Shown: positions 41,372-49,758 of the stretch, piece by piece
How positions within the stretch are numbered: position 1 is the stretch's first letter
How the letters are laid out: each line of letters starts with the position of its first letter
From: Polyangiaceae bacterium
GTDB lineage: Bacteria > Myxococcota_A > Polyangia > Polyangiales > Polyangiaceae
Assembly (NCBI GenBank): GCA_044376115.1
Contig: JBILLK010000012.1
Location: forward strand, 160,001 to 224,000
Direction of reading: 5' to 3'
Length of the DNA stretch: 64,000 nucleotides
Notes under the pieces: generated by a model
What the model saw: only the letters and a program-made list of their open reading frames with translations
Database searches by the model: none
What the model was told of the DNA's origin: nothing
Made by a program: the position numbers and the translations under genes

Positions 41372-41399
41372 TTGACAGACTCATGGATTGGACTATGGT
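41372..41399 (+). promoter_or_regulatory. Sigma70-like promoter for the small ORF and rpsT
   Basis: TTGACA (41372-41377), 16 bp, TATGGT (41394-41399). Confidence 0.6.
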
Positions 41400-41409
41400 C
41401 CCGGCCCCC

Positions 41410-41577
41410 ATGGTTTCCGCCACGCAACAGAGTTCACGAATCCGCGCTCGCAAGGCGCGCAAGAACGGCACGAAGACTCGCCGTTTCAACCGCACGAACG
41501 GTACACCGGCATTCCCGGTGCATCCCGAGGGCTACACGGCCTCGGCTGCCGATTCGAAGAAGCCCGAGTCAAAGTAA
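41410..41577 (+). CDS. Small basic protein (55 aa)
   Basis: MVSATQQSSRIRARKARKNGTKTRRF...; lies between the promoter and rpsT; codon usage resembles that of rpsT. Confidence 0.65.
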   Translation: MVSATQQSSRIRARKARKNGTKTRRFNRTNGTPAFPVHPEGYTASAADSKKPESK

Positions 41578-41599
41578 GAAGTAGGAGTAGGACACGGTC

Positions 41600-41860
41600 A
41601 TGGCCAATCACGCATCCGCCGAAAAGCGCAATCGTCAACGCATCACGCGCACTGAGCGCAACCGCACCACCAAGAGCGCTCTTCGCACGGTGTTGAAGAA
41701 GGCGCGCGCGGCTGTCGCCTCGGGCGCAGCAGACGCGCCGGACCTCGTTCGCGCCGCGCAATCCGAGCTCGACGTGGCAGCCAAGAAGGGCGTCATCCCG
41801 ACGAACCGAGCTTCGCGAGTCAAGGGTCGCATCGCGTCCTTCGCCGACTCCAAGAAGTAG
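41600..41860 (+). CDS. rpsT: 30S ribosomal protein S20
   Basis: MANHASAEKRNRQ...RN...KSALRT..KK...KKGVI..N.ASR; AGGA SD upstream. Confidence 0.96.
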   Translation: MANHASAEKRNRQRITRTERNRTTKSALRTVLKKARAAVASGAADAPDLVRAAQSELDVAAKKGVIPTNRASRVKGRIASFADSKK

Positions 41861-41880
41861 TCCTACGAATTCAATGATTG

Positions 41881-41911
41881 CCTCCTCCGCCTGAAAGGCC
41901 GAGGAGGTTTT
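41881..41911 (+). terminator. Probable terminator after rpsT
   Basis: CCTCCTCCGCC-TGAAA-GGCCGAGGAGG then TTTT. Confidence 0.65.
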
Positions 41912-42078
41912 CGTGTTTCGAACGCCATAGGCCGCCGTTGCCTGGCAATGCGCGCATGACCCTGACAGCTGTGCCCTAGCCACTGGCTCAGCACGGTCAC
42001 TGAGAGCTGCTCAATCAGCGTATTTCCCTTAGACTCAGCTGTGCCCGCTTCTTGCTGAGGCCGCCTTCGGAGGATTTC

Positions 42079-43161
42079 ATGAGGTCACTGACTTGGTTGG
42101 GTTGTGCGTTTGCTGCAGTTGCTCTTTGGGGATGTCCAGCGCCTGAACCAACCGAGCCCGAGTTTCCGCCGCCTCCCGAGGGAGAGGGGACCCAGTTTGG
42201 CACCGGACTTCAGGCCGTAGGTCCTGGGGAGGAAGTCCAGAACTGCTTCTTCTTCAAAGTGAAAGATCTGATCAAGGCCGCCGGTCTCGAGGACACCTCG
42301 ACCTTCAACCTTCATCGCGTCCAGATCGACCAACGCGAGGGATCCCACCACATGAACATCTTCCGGGTGAGGACCATCACGCCGCACGAGCAAGGCGGGC
42401 TGGATCCAGCCAAGGGCCCCTACCTCGGGACGAACGGCTCTGGGGCCTGCTTCAAGAGTTCAAATTGGTCCGACTGGCCTCTCGTGGCCAATACGCAGGT
42501 CGATGGCACCCTTGATTGGGAGTTTCCCGACGGTGTCGCCAACAAGCTCGAGGCGGATGAATGGCTGATGCTGCAATCTCACTATGTGAACGCGACCACC
42601 CAGAAGTCCCCCGACGACGGGGACGTTAAGGTCAATTTCTGGCACCTGCCGGACGCCAGGGTCGTGCATGAGATGGGCACTATTTTCGCGACCAAGCAAT
42701 CCATTAGAATTTGCCAGGGGCTTCCCCAGCCTGAGTTCTCGGGCGGTTGCCAGATCAAGGGGGATGAGCCAGCGACCATCGTCGGAGCCAATGGCCACTT
42801 TCACAGCCGAGGCAAGGAGTTCCGCATGTACGAGTGGGATGGCGTGAGCTCCACCAAGCCTTCGGAGGATGCGCTCTTCTATCAATCGAACGATTGGGCA
42901 GAGCCCAAGATGGCAATTGATAACCAGCTTGCGACCATCCAGCCCGGAGGAGGCGTCTTTTACACCTGCGACTTCCAGTGGACGGAACCTCCCGCGCCGC
43001 TGTCTTGTGAAGACCTGAACGCCTTCGATCAGACAAAGTACAAGACGCCTGAGGACGAGTTGGATTGCTGCTACACCTTTGGCCCCGTGGTTGACCGAAA
43101 CGAGCACTGCAACGGGTTTATCTACTACTACCCCAAAACGTCCGACGTGTTCTGCAACTGA
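42079..43161 (+). CDS. Copper type II monooxygenase-like (PHM/DBH fold) lipoprotein
   Basis: GGAGG SD; lipobox LWGC; GSHHM, QSHYVN, GHFHSRG, NEHC...YYYP. Confidence 0.8.
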   Translation: MRSLTWLGCAFAAVALWGCPAPEPTEPEFPPPPEGEGTQFGTGLQAVGPGEEVQNCFFFKVKDLIKAAGLEDTSTFNLHRVQIDQREGSHHMNIFRVRTITPHEQGGLDPAKGPYLGTNGSGACFKSSNWSDWPLVANTQVDGTLDWEFPDGVANKLEADEWLMLQSHYVNATTQKSPDDGDVKVNFWHLPDARVVHEMGTIFATKQSIRICQGLPQPEFSGGCQIKGDEPATIVGANGHFHSRGKEFRMYEWDGVSSTKPSEDALFYQSNDWAEPKMAIDNQLATIQPGGGVFYTCDFQWTEPPAPLSCEDLNAFDQTKYKTPEDELDCCYTFGPVVDRNEHCNGFIYYYPKTSDVFCN

Positions 43162-43175
43162 GTAGAAAAGCAGCC

Positions 43176-43889
43176 ATGTGGTTCGTCGTGAGGTCGTTCG
43201 CCGCTATCGTTCTTGGCTCCCTGGGGCTCTCGGGTTGTGCTGACGACGCGACGAGTTCCAGCAGTGGCGGTGGTGGGAGTTCCTCAACTGGTCCAAGTTG
43301 CACGTTGCCGTTCGCAGGAGATGAAGGCCAAGAGCCAGTACTCGAGGCCTTCTTCCTGGACATCAGTGACTCTGATCAGCCCATCGTCGACGGATCGGTA
43401 TTGGACCTGATCGAGCCGCCGCAAGGAGGTCGCGTTGCCTTCGTTGGTGCGCGTGTTTTCAATATGTCGCCGTGCGGTGCCCAGCTGACTGCCGAGATCA
43501 AAGATCCAGTCAGCGGGGCCGTACGCTTCGAGACTCGGAGTGTAGCGCTGGAGCCGGACGCCGACGGCTATTTGACTATCAAGGCCGGCCAGATAGCCGC
43601 GTACTCGAACGTCCCGTTGTGCTTCAACACCTGGTCGGATCAGTCGCTCTTTGATGGTGACTTCGAGCTTGAAGTGCGGGTCGAGTCGGAGGGCCGAATC
43701 GCAAAAGCCAATTTCAACATTACAATGCAGTGCACTGATAAGAGCCTCGCCGACAACACGAGCACACCGGAACCAGGCGCCGTGCTCAACAACTGTCTCT
43801 GTACCTGTAAAGCAGACTATGTACTAGGCGAGCCTTGCGATAGCTCGATGGGCGGAAGCGGCGCTGGCGGCGCTGGAGGTGGGCTGTGA
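43176..43889 (+). CDS. Cys-rich acidic lipoprotein
   Basis: Lipobox LSGC; PPQGGRV.FVG motif; terminal CLCTC...GEPC. Confidence 0.75.
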   Translation: MWFVVRSFAAIVLGSLGLSGCADDATSSSSGGGGSSSTGPSCTLPFAGDEGQEPVLEAFFLDISDSDQPIVDGSVLDLIEPPQGGRVAFVGARVFNMSPCGAQLTAEIKDPVSGAVRFETRSVALEPDADGYLTIKAGQIAAYSNVPLCFNTWSDQSLFDGDFELEVRVESEGRIAKANFNITMQCTDKSLADNTSTPEPGAVLNNCLCTCKADYVLGEPCDSSMGGSGAGGAGGGL

Positions 43890-44938
43890 GGGCGAGCTGG
43901 TTGGTACTTTGCACTTTGGTGTTGGTTGGCTGCCCAGATGAGAGCACCGGAAGTGGGGGCAGCGGAACGGGTGGCGCCCCAACAGAGCCTGGCTGGCAGG
44001 TCGTCTTCGATGACGGAGAACTCAATGGAGCTCTGCTATCCATTTGGGGGACAGAAAAGAAAAGCGTGTTCGCCGCAGGCGGTCCACTTCGTAACGGGGG
44101 CCGAGACGCACTGGCCCTGCACTTCAACGGCAATGCCTGGACCGACCTGAATGCCGGCGGCGACGACAGCTTCTGGTGGGTGCACGGTACGAGCGATAGC
44201 GACGTTTGGTTCGTGGGGGAGAACGGCCGCATTAGCCACTATGACGGGACGGCCTTCACCGAGCATGACTCCGGAACCACCGCTACGCTTTGGGGAGCCT
44301 ATGCGTTCGCACCTGATGATGTTTGGGTGGTCGGCGGAACGGTCGGTGGAGCGTCGACCACGCCCGACGACATCGTTTTGCACTACGATGGGACAGCTTT
44401 CACCGCCGTTACTCTTCCCGGTGAACCGCTCGGGCGGGCGCTATTCAAGATCTGGGGCACCAGTTCCGACGACCTATTCGTGGTTGGGGAGGCTGGGATC
44501 ATTTGGCACAAGGAAGGCGCTGAATGGGTTAACCAAAGCGATCCGCCAGTCGCGAACGGCACACTGACGACGGTGCACGGCTGCTCCAGCGATGACGTGT
44601 ACGCCGTCGGCGGTCGCGACGTTCTCCACTTTGACGGGACCGCTTGGTCAAAGGTGGAACTGTCTTTGGGTAATGACGTCAACGGGGTCTATTGCGCTGC
44701 GCCAGACTCAGTAGGCATCACCGGAATGGGTGGCCTAAAGCAACGACTCGTAAATGGTGAGTGGCAGAACGAGTTCGCCTCGGACCCCCATGGGGACCTG
44801 CACAGCATATGGGCGGATGAAGAGGGTTCGTTCTGGGTCGCTGGTGGGGACTTCATCACTGGGGTGAAGCCCAACCAGCCGCGCAACGGGATCATTGCCC
44901 GTTACGGTCAAGAGTTCATTCCTGACTCACTTGAGTAA
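43886..44938 (+). CDS. Beta-propeller repeat lipoprotein
   Basis: Lipobox LVGC; about 7 repeats of (I/V)WGxSxDDV(W/F)xVG...HYDG..W; GTGA coupling. Confidence 0.8.
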   Translation: MRASWLVLCTLVLVGCPDESTGSGGSGTGGAPTEPGWQVVFDDGELNGALLSIWGTEKKSVFAAGGPLRNGGRDALALHFNGNAWTDLNAGGDDSFWWVHGTSDSDVWFVGENGRISHYDGTAFTEHDSGTTATLWGAYAFAPDDVWVVGGTVGGASTTPDDIVLHYDGTAFTAVTLPGEPLGRALFKIWGTSSDDLFVVGEAGIIWHKEGAEWVNQSDPPVANGTLTTVHGCSSDDVYAVGGRDVLHFDGTAWSKVELSLGNDVNGVYCAAPDSVGITGMGGLKQRLVNGEWQNEFASDPHGDLHSIWADEEGSFWVAGGDFITGVKPNQPRNGIIARYGQEFIPDSLE

Positions 44939-44942
44939 TCGC

Positions 44943-46250
44943 CTACCCCTCTTTGGCCGCTAAGGCGCGCTGCACAATGAAACTGGCGTGTGCGAGGGCA
45001 TGGTCCAGATCAAAGCAGCGCTTGACCTCAGCCTCGGAGAGCACCTCAATCACTGCTGGATCGGCGAGCAAGTTATCAAGGAAAGCACCCTCGCCGTGGA
45101 AGGCCTTCATGGCGCTCTGCTGCACGAGTTCATAGGCCTTCTGACGCGGCCGCCCCTTCTGAATCATTGCCAGCATCACAGCCTCACTGAAGAAGAGCCC
45201 GCCACTCTGGTCGAGGTTGTGCTTCATCGCCTCGGGATAGACGACTAAGCCGTCTACCATCCCTGCAGCCCGATCGAGCATGAACGCCAAGGTGGTGGTT
45301 ATGTCAGGGACGAACATCCGCTCTACCGAGGAATGCGAGATGTCTCGTTCGTGCCAGAGCGCGATGTTCTCGAGCGCAGCCGGCACGGCGGCGCGCACCA
45401 CGCGGGCTAGTCCACAAAGGTTCTCCGAAAGGATGGGATTGCGCTTGTGAGGCATAGCGCTCGACCCCTTTTGACCCTTCTGGAACCGCTCCTCCGCCTC
45501 GCGCACCTCTGTACGCTGCCAATGCCTCAAGTTCGTGGACAGGCGTTCAATACCTGCAGCAACTGACGCCATGGCGAAAAACAAGCTGGCGTGACGATCA
45601 CGCGCAACCACCTGAGTGCTTACCGTCTCAGGTTCGAGTCCGAGAGCTGCAAGCGTCTTCCGCTCTATCTCGGGAGTGAGATGAGCATAGGTGCCAACAG
45701 CACCGGCGAGTTTGCCTACAGCGATCTCGCGACGAGCCGCACAGAGCCGCGCTCGCCCTCGTTTCGCCTCCGCGAGGTGACCTGCGAGCACCACCCCAAA
45801 GGTAACTGGCTCAGCATGGATGCCGTGGCTCCTCCCAATCATTGGCGTCTTCTCGTGCTCGCTTGCGCGCTTCGCCAAAGCATCGATATAGCGGTCGCAA
45901 CGCTCAATCAGTTTATCAGTCGCGCGAACCAGCAAGAGAGCAAGGCTCGTATCGAGCACGTCACTCGAGGTCATTCCAAGGTGGAGAAACCTTGCAGGCG
46001 CGCCTGCCAACTCTTCAACGTGGGTAAGAAAGGCGATCACGTCGTGTCGGGTGGTCTTCTCGATCTCCTCGATACGTGTCGGATCAAGTTGGAGGTTCAG
46101 AGACCGAATCGTGCCCGCTGTCCCCGCTGGCACGCGGCCGTCGGCCTCCATGACCTCACACGCCGCTAGTTCCACCGAGAGCCACGCCGCATACCGCGTC
46201 GACGCCGACCAAAGCTCCGCAAAATCGTCCGGGGTGTAGCGAGGGATCAT
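44943..46250 (-). CDS. purB: Adenylosuccinate lyase
   Basis: [44 protein letters not shown]. Confidence 0.97.
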   Translation of the reverse strand: MIPRYTPDDFAELWSASTRYAAWLSVELAACEVMEADGRVPAGTAGTIRSLNLQLDPTRIEEIEKTTRHDVIAFLTHVEELAGAPARFLHLGMTSSDVLDTSLALLLVRATDKLIERCDRYIDALAKRASEHEKTPMIGRSHGIHAEPVTFGVVLAGHLAEAKRGRARLCAARREIAVGKLAGAVGTYAHLTPEIERKTLAALGLEPETVSTQVVARDRHASLFFAMASVAAGIERLSTNLRHWQRTEVREAEERFQKGQKGSSAMPHKRNPILSENLCGLARVVRAAVPAALENIALWHERDISHSSVERMFVPDITTTLAFMLDRAAGMVDGLVVYPEAMKHNLDQSGGLFFSEAVMLAMIQKGRPRQKAYELVQQSAMKAFHGEGAFLDNLLADPAVIEVLSEAEVKRCFDLDHALAHASFIVQRALAAKEG

Positions 46251-46297
46251 AAGCCCGCTTAGCCGTTCTCGCGGCAGAGCGCGAGCACAACAGCTGG

Positions 46298-48154
46298 CTA
46301 CTTCTTCTGACGCTTTTCGGCCTTCGGTCCGGCAGCGAGCCCACCCTCGCGCTCATCTGAAAAGCCCCACGCTTCACCGGTTGCCTTGTCGCGCACGATG
46401 ATCTTCGCATCTCCCAGCGCCATCGCCGAGGGTTCGAGCGTGTGGCCCAGCTGCTTCAACGCTGTCTTGGTTGCCTCGGGCAAACCGCGCGCACTCTCGA
46501 TGCGCACGACATCGGGCAGCAGTTGATGGTGAACACGCCCTCGGGTTACCGCTTCGTCCACCGAAAGCCCGAGGTCGATTAGGTTAATCAGCACTTGGGA
46601 CACTGTATTTGGAATCGTGTCCCCACCGGGCGAGCCGGCAACGATCTCAACCTGCCCATTGCGACTTACGATCGTTGGGCTCATTGAGCTTGCCATTCGT
46701 TTATGTGGCTTCACTTCATTGGGCCCCGTCTTCGTGAATGCACCTAGAGCGTTCGAGAAGAAAACACCGGTGCCAGGAATCATCACCTTGGAGCCGAACG
46801 CCGCGGAGAGTGTGACAGTGCAAGAGACCGCGTTGCCTGCGGCATCAACCACTGAATAGTGGGTTGTCTCAGGAGACTCCTTGGATTTCTGCCCAGTTTC
46901 AAAGGAGGTTGCGGGCGTGGCTTTGAGGGGATCAAGCTTTGGGATTCTGCTCGTAAGGTTCAATCCAGAGAGCAGCTTGCTGATATCTGCAGCCGAGGCG
47001 CCCTCCGCCATGAAATCAGGGTCAGCACCAACGCCTCGCCGATCAGCGTAGGCCCACTTGGCAGACTCGATGAACAGGTGGAGTCTCTCGGGCTCCGTGG
47101 CCTTGGACTGATGTGGGATTGATCGCTCGAGCGCAAGCAGCGTCTCGGCGACAGCTACTCCGCCCATCGAAGGCGGTGGCATTGTCTCGACTGTAAACCC
47201 CCGGTAGCTGAAGGTGAGTGGCGCTCGAACTTTGGACTCATACGCGAGCAGGTCCTCCTTCGTTATCTCGCCGCCGTTTTTCTTCATTGCGGCGTCGATG
47301 TGCTCAGCTACCTGTCCCGAATAGAAGCCTTTCGTGCCGCGCTCCGATATGGCGGTTAAGGTAGACGCCAGGTCCTTCTGAATCACTCGGTCGCCGGCCT
47401 GCTTGGGGTTCTTTCCGTTACCCCAAACTTGCGCAGCCGCTGCGTCGCCTTTGAGCTTCGACCATTGCGCCTTCAGGCTCACGGCGGCGCGCGGCGATAC
47501 CTTATGACCTTTACTAGCCAGACTTATCGCAGGCGCAAGCAGCTCAGCCAACGGCTTACTGCCAAAACGTTCGCGCGCCAGATTGAGCCCCGACACGGTT
47601 CCTGGAACCACCATTGAGGCATATCCGCCGGCCCCTGCTTCGACCTCAGCAATGACCTTCTCGGTTGTTGCAGTAGCTGGCGCTATCTCGCGAAAGTCGA
47701 TTGCCACTGACTCGCCAGACTTTAGCTTCACGATCATGAAGCCGCCCCCACCTAGGTTGCCCGCGCTTGGATGCGTTACCGCAAGCGCGTAGCCAACGGC
47801 CACCGCAGCGTCGATAGCGTTACCCCCGGCATCGAGCACTTGAACGCCTGCGCGCGTTGCATTTGCGTCCACGCTCACAACTAAACCGCCGTTGGAGGCA
47901 ACAGCCTGTTTGCCGCCGTAGCGGAGTTGAATCGGAGGAACGGGCGCGCTCGGAGCAGGGACCTCAGCTGGGACTTCCGGCCCAGCGACGAGGGCAGACG
48001 CGGAGCTGGCCGGTTGGGAAGCCGCGGCCGACGCACTACTTGATTGAGCGGAGCTAGGCGCAACCCCACTGGGGTGTTGCGGAAGAGGGTCACCGCAGGC
48101 CAACAAAGATACCAGCAGCGACAGTCCGGTTGACCGAAGGCGTCCGCGCTTCAT
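46298..48154 (-). CDS. ggt: Gamma-glutamyltransferase (lipoprotein)
   Basis: Lipobox LLAC; GGNAIDAAVA, DFREIAP, ETTHYS (catalytic Thr), SSMSPT, GSPGG. Confidence 0.93.
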   Translation of the reverse strand: MKRGRLRSTGLSLLVSLLACGDPLPQHPSGVAPSSAQSSSASAAASQPASSASALVAGPEVPAEVPAPSAPVPPIQLRYGGKQAVASNGGLVVSVDANATRAGVQVLDAGGNAIDAAVAVGYALAVTHPSAGNLGGGGFMIVKLKSGESVAIDFREIAPATATTEKVIAEVEAGAGGYASMVVPGTVSGLNLARERFGSKPLAELLAPAISLASKGHKVSPRAAVSLKAQWSKLKGDAAAAQVWGNGKNPKQAGDRVIQKDLASTLTAISERGTKGFYSGQVAEHIDAAMKKNGGEITKEDLLAYESKVRAPLTFSYRGFTVETMPPPSMGGVAVAETLLALERSIPHQSKATEPERLHLFIESAKWAYADRRGVGADPDFMAEGASAADISKLLSGLNLTSRIPKLDPLKATPATSFETGQKSKESPETTHYSVVDAAGNAVSCTVTLSAAFGSKVMIPGTGVFFSNALGAFTKTGPNEVKPHKRMASSMSPTIVSRNGQVEIVAGSPGGDTIPNTVSQVLINLIDLGLSVDEAVTRGRVHHQLLPDVVRIESARGLPEATKTALKQLGHTLEPSAMALGDAKIIVRDKATGEAWGFSDEREGGLAAGPKAEKRQKK

Positions 48155-48240
48155 GGGGTGGGTGTACCAGACTCCACGTCAGAAGAAACGACCGCGCGTC
48201 ACTTCGGCTTCCCGGAAAGTGATGCGTTGTAGTCGCGCCC

Positions 48241-49755
48241 CTACTTTCGATGCTTGTCGTGTCCTAAAAACGCGTCAACCTCAGCCTCGGCCTGCTCGAG
48301 CGTGGATGGAGCGCGCTCAGCAATACGGACCTTCGATGCCTCTGACGGCGCCAAACGCATTGGAGGCCGCGCCGCCAACACCTGGGAGAGCTGGTGAACA
48401 TCGTATTCCAGGGCTGGGTCCCGTGACGCATGCAACGTTCGCTTGCTTGGCTTTGGGAACAGATGCCGAACGATCGAGAGACCAAACGCAAGCCCGATAC
48501 AGATAACGGGAATCTGGGCCCACAAGGTGCCACGCCAAGTGCCTAGATTAAGGAGGAAGAAGAAAGCCGCTATCACTCCAAAGATGGCGCCTTGTCGCTT
48601 GACCTTGGCCATCGCCTCTTCCCTCTGGCGATCACTTCGATCCACGGCGCCACGGTTCGACAGTTCGTCCATCGCCATATGCAATGAGACCTCGTCGATT
48701 CCAACCTCGCGGGCAGCTTGCGAGATCTCGTCGTACCCGAATCGACGGCGCTGCACGGCGAGTGCGCGGTCGAAGATGTTGGTCATCTCCTGGGTCGAGT
48801 ATCGGCGTGAAAGAGTCAGCGGCGGCGCTGCAGTCGCTGAGGCTGGGGGCTGGCTCCGCGGCGGGAGATACGGTTGGCTGGGCGCTCTTTGTGGGGTCGA
48901 AACGCGCGTCGGACCAAGCGATTCGAGCATGGTCTCGAGTTCCATCACGATCTCTCGCATTGATGAATAGCGGTCCTCGGGCCTCTTCGAAAGAGCTCGC
49001 CGTAAGAGGTTAGCGAAAGGCGCTGGTATTTGTGCTTCGGCCGGCGGCGGAGGAGGGTCTTCAGCAATCACAGCCGCGATCACCGCCATGGCATCTCCCG
49101 CCCAGGGTGGGCGACCGACGAAGAGCTCATACGCTGTTACGGCCCAAGCAAACTGATCGGCACGCCCGTCGACCGAACCTCCACGAATCTGCTCAGGCGC
49201 CATATACATCGGCGTTCCCAATTTGACGCCCTCGGCGGTGAGCGAAGCGAGGGAGGCCTCGGTTGGAGCCGAAGCATCTGCTTTGACCGCGGTTCGCCTA
49301 GCGATCCCGAAGTCGAGGACCTTCACGTGACCGTTGGCCTGGACGACGACGTTTTCCGGCTTGATGTCTCGATGAACGAGCTGTGCGTCATGGGCTGCAG
49401 CCAGCGCCCTCGCCACCTCGAGCAGAAGCCGAATGCGAACCTCTGGCGCTTCCGCTACTCCGACGAATGCGCGAAGGCTCCGGCCCTCAACCAGCTCCAT
49501 GGCTACGTAGGGGCTGCCTTCATGCTCACCGACGTCAAAAACGCCCACGACGTTGGGGTGCGCGAGCTTGGCAGCCGAACGCGCTTCTCGAATCAAACGC
49601 TCTCGCGACGATGGGCCAGCTTCTTCATCGAGCAGCACCTTGATCGCGACATTGCGGTCGAGCCGCTCGTCATAGGCGCGAAAGACCCGACCCATCCCGC
49701 CAGCACCGAGGACATCGTCAATGCGGTAGCGATCGAATCGGTCCCCGGGCTTCAT
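48241..49755 (-). CDS. Ser/Thr protein kinase with C-terminal 2TM-like domain
   Basis: LGAGGMGRV, HRDIKPEN, DFG, GTPMYMAPE; two TM helices near the C-terminus. Confidence 0.92.
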   Translation of the reverse strand: MKPGDRFDRYRIDDVLGAGGMGRVFRAYDERLDRNVAIKVLLDEEAGPSSRERLIREARSAAKLAHPNVVGVFDVGEHEGSPYVAMELVEGRSLRAFVGVAEAPEVRIRLLLEVARALAAAHDAQLVHRDIKPENVVVQANGHVKVLDFGIARRTAVKADASAPTEASLASLTAEGVKLGTPMYMAPEQIRGGSVDGRADQFAWAVTAYELFVGRPPWAGDAMAVIAAVIAEDPPPPPAEAQIPAPFANLLRRALSKRPEDRYSSMREIVMELETMLESLGPTRVSTPQRAPSQPYLPPRSQPPASATAAPPLTLSRRYSTQEMTNIFDRALAVQRRRFGYDEISQAAREVGIDEVSLHMAMDELSNRGAVDRSDRQREEAMAKVKRQGAIFGVIAAFFFLLNLGTWRGTLWAQIPVICIGLAFGLSIVRHLFPKPSKRTLHASRDPALEYDVHQLSQVLAARPPMRLAPSEASKVRIAERAPSTLEQAEAEVDAFLGHDKHRK

Positions 49756-49758
49756 GCG

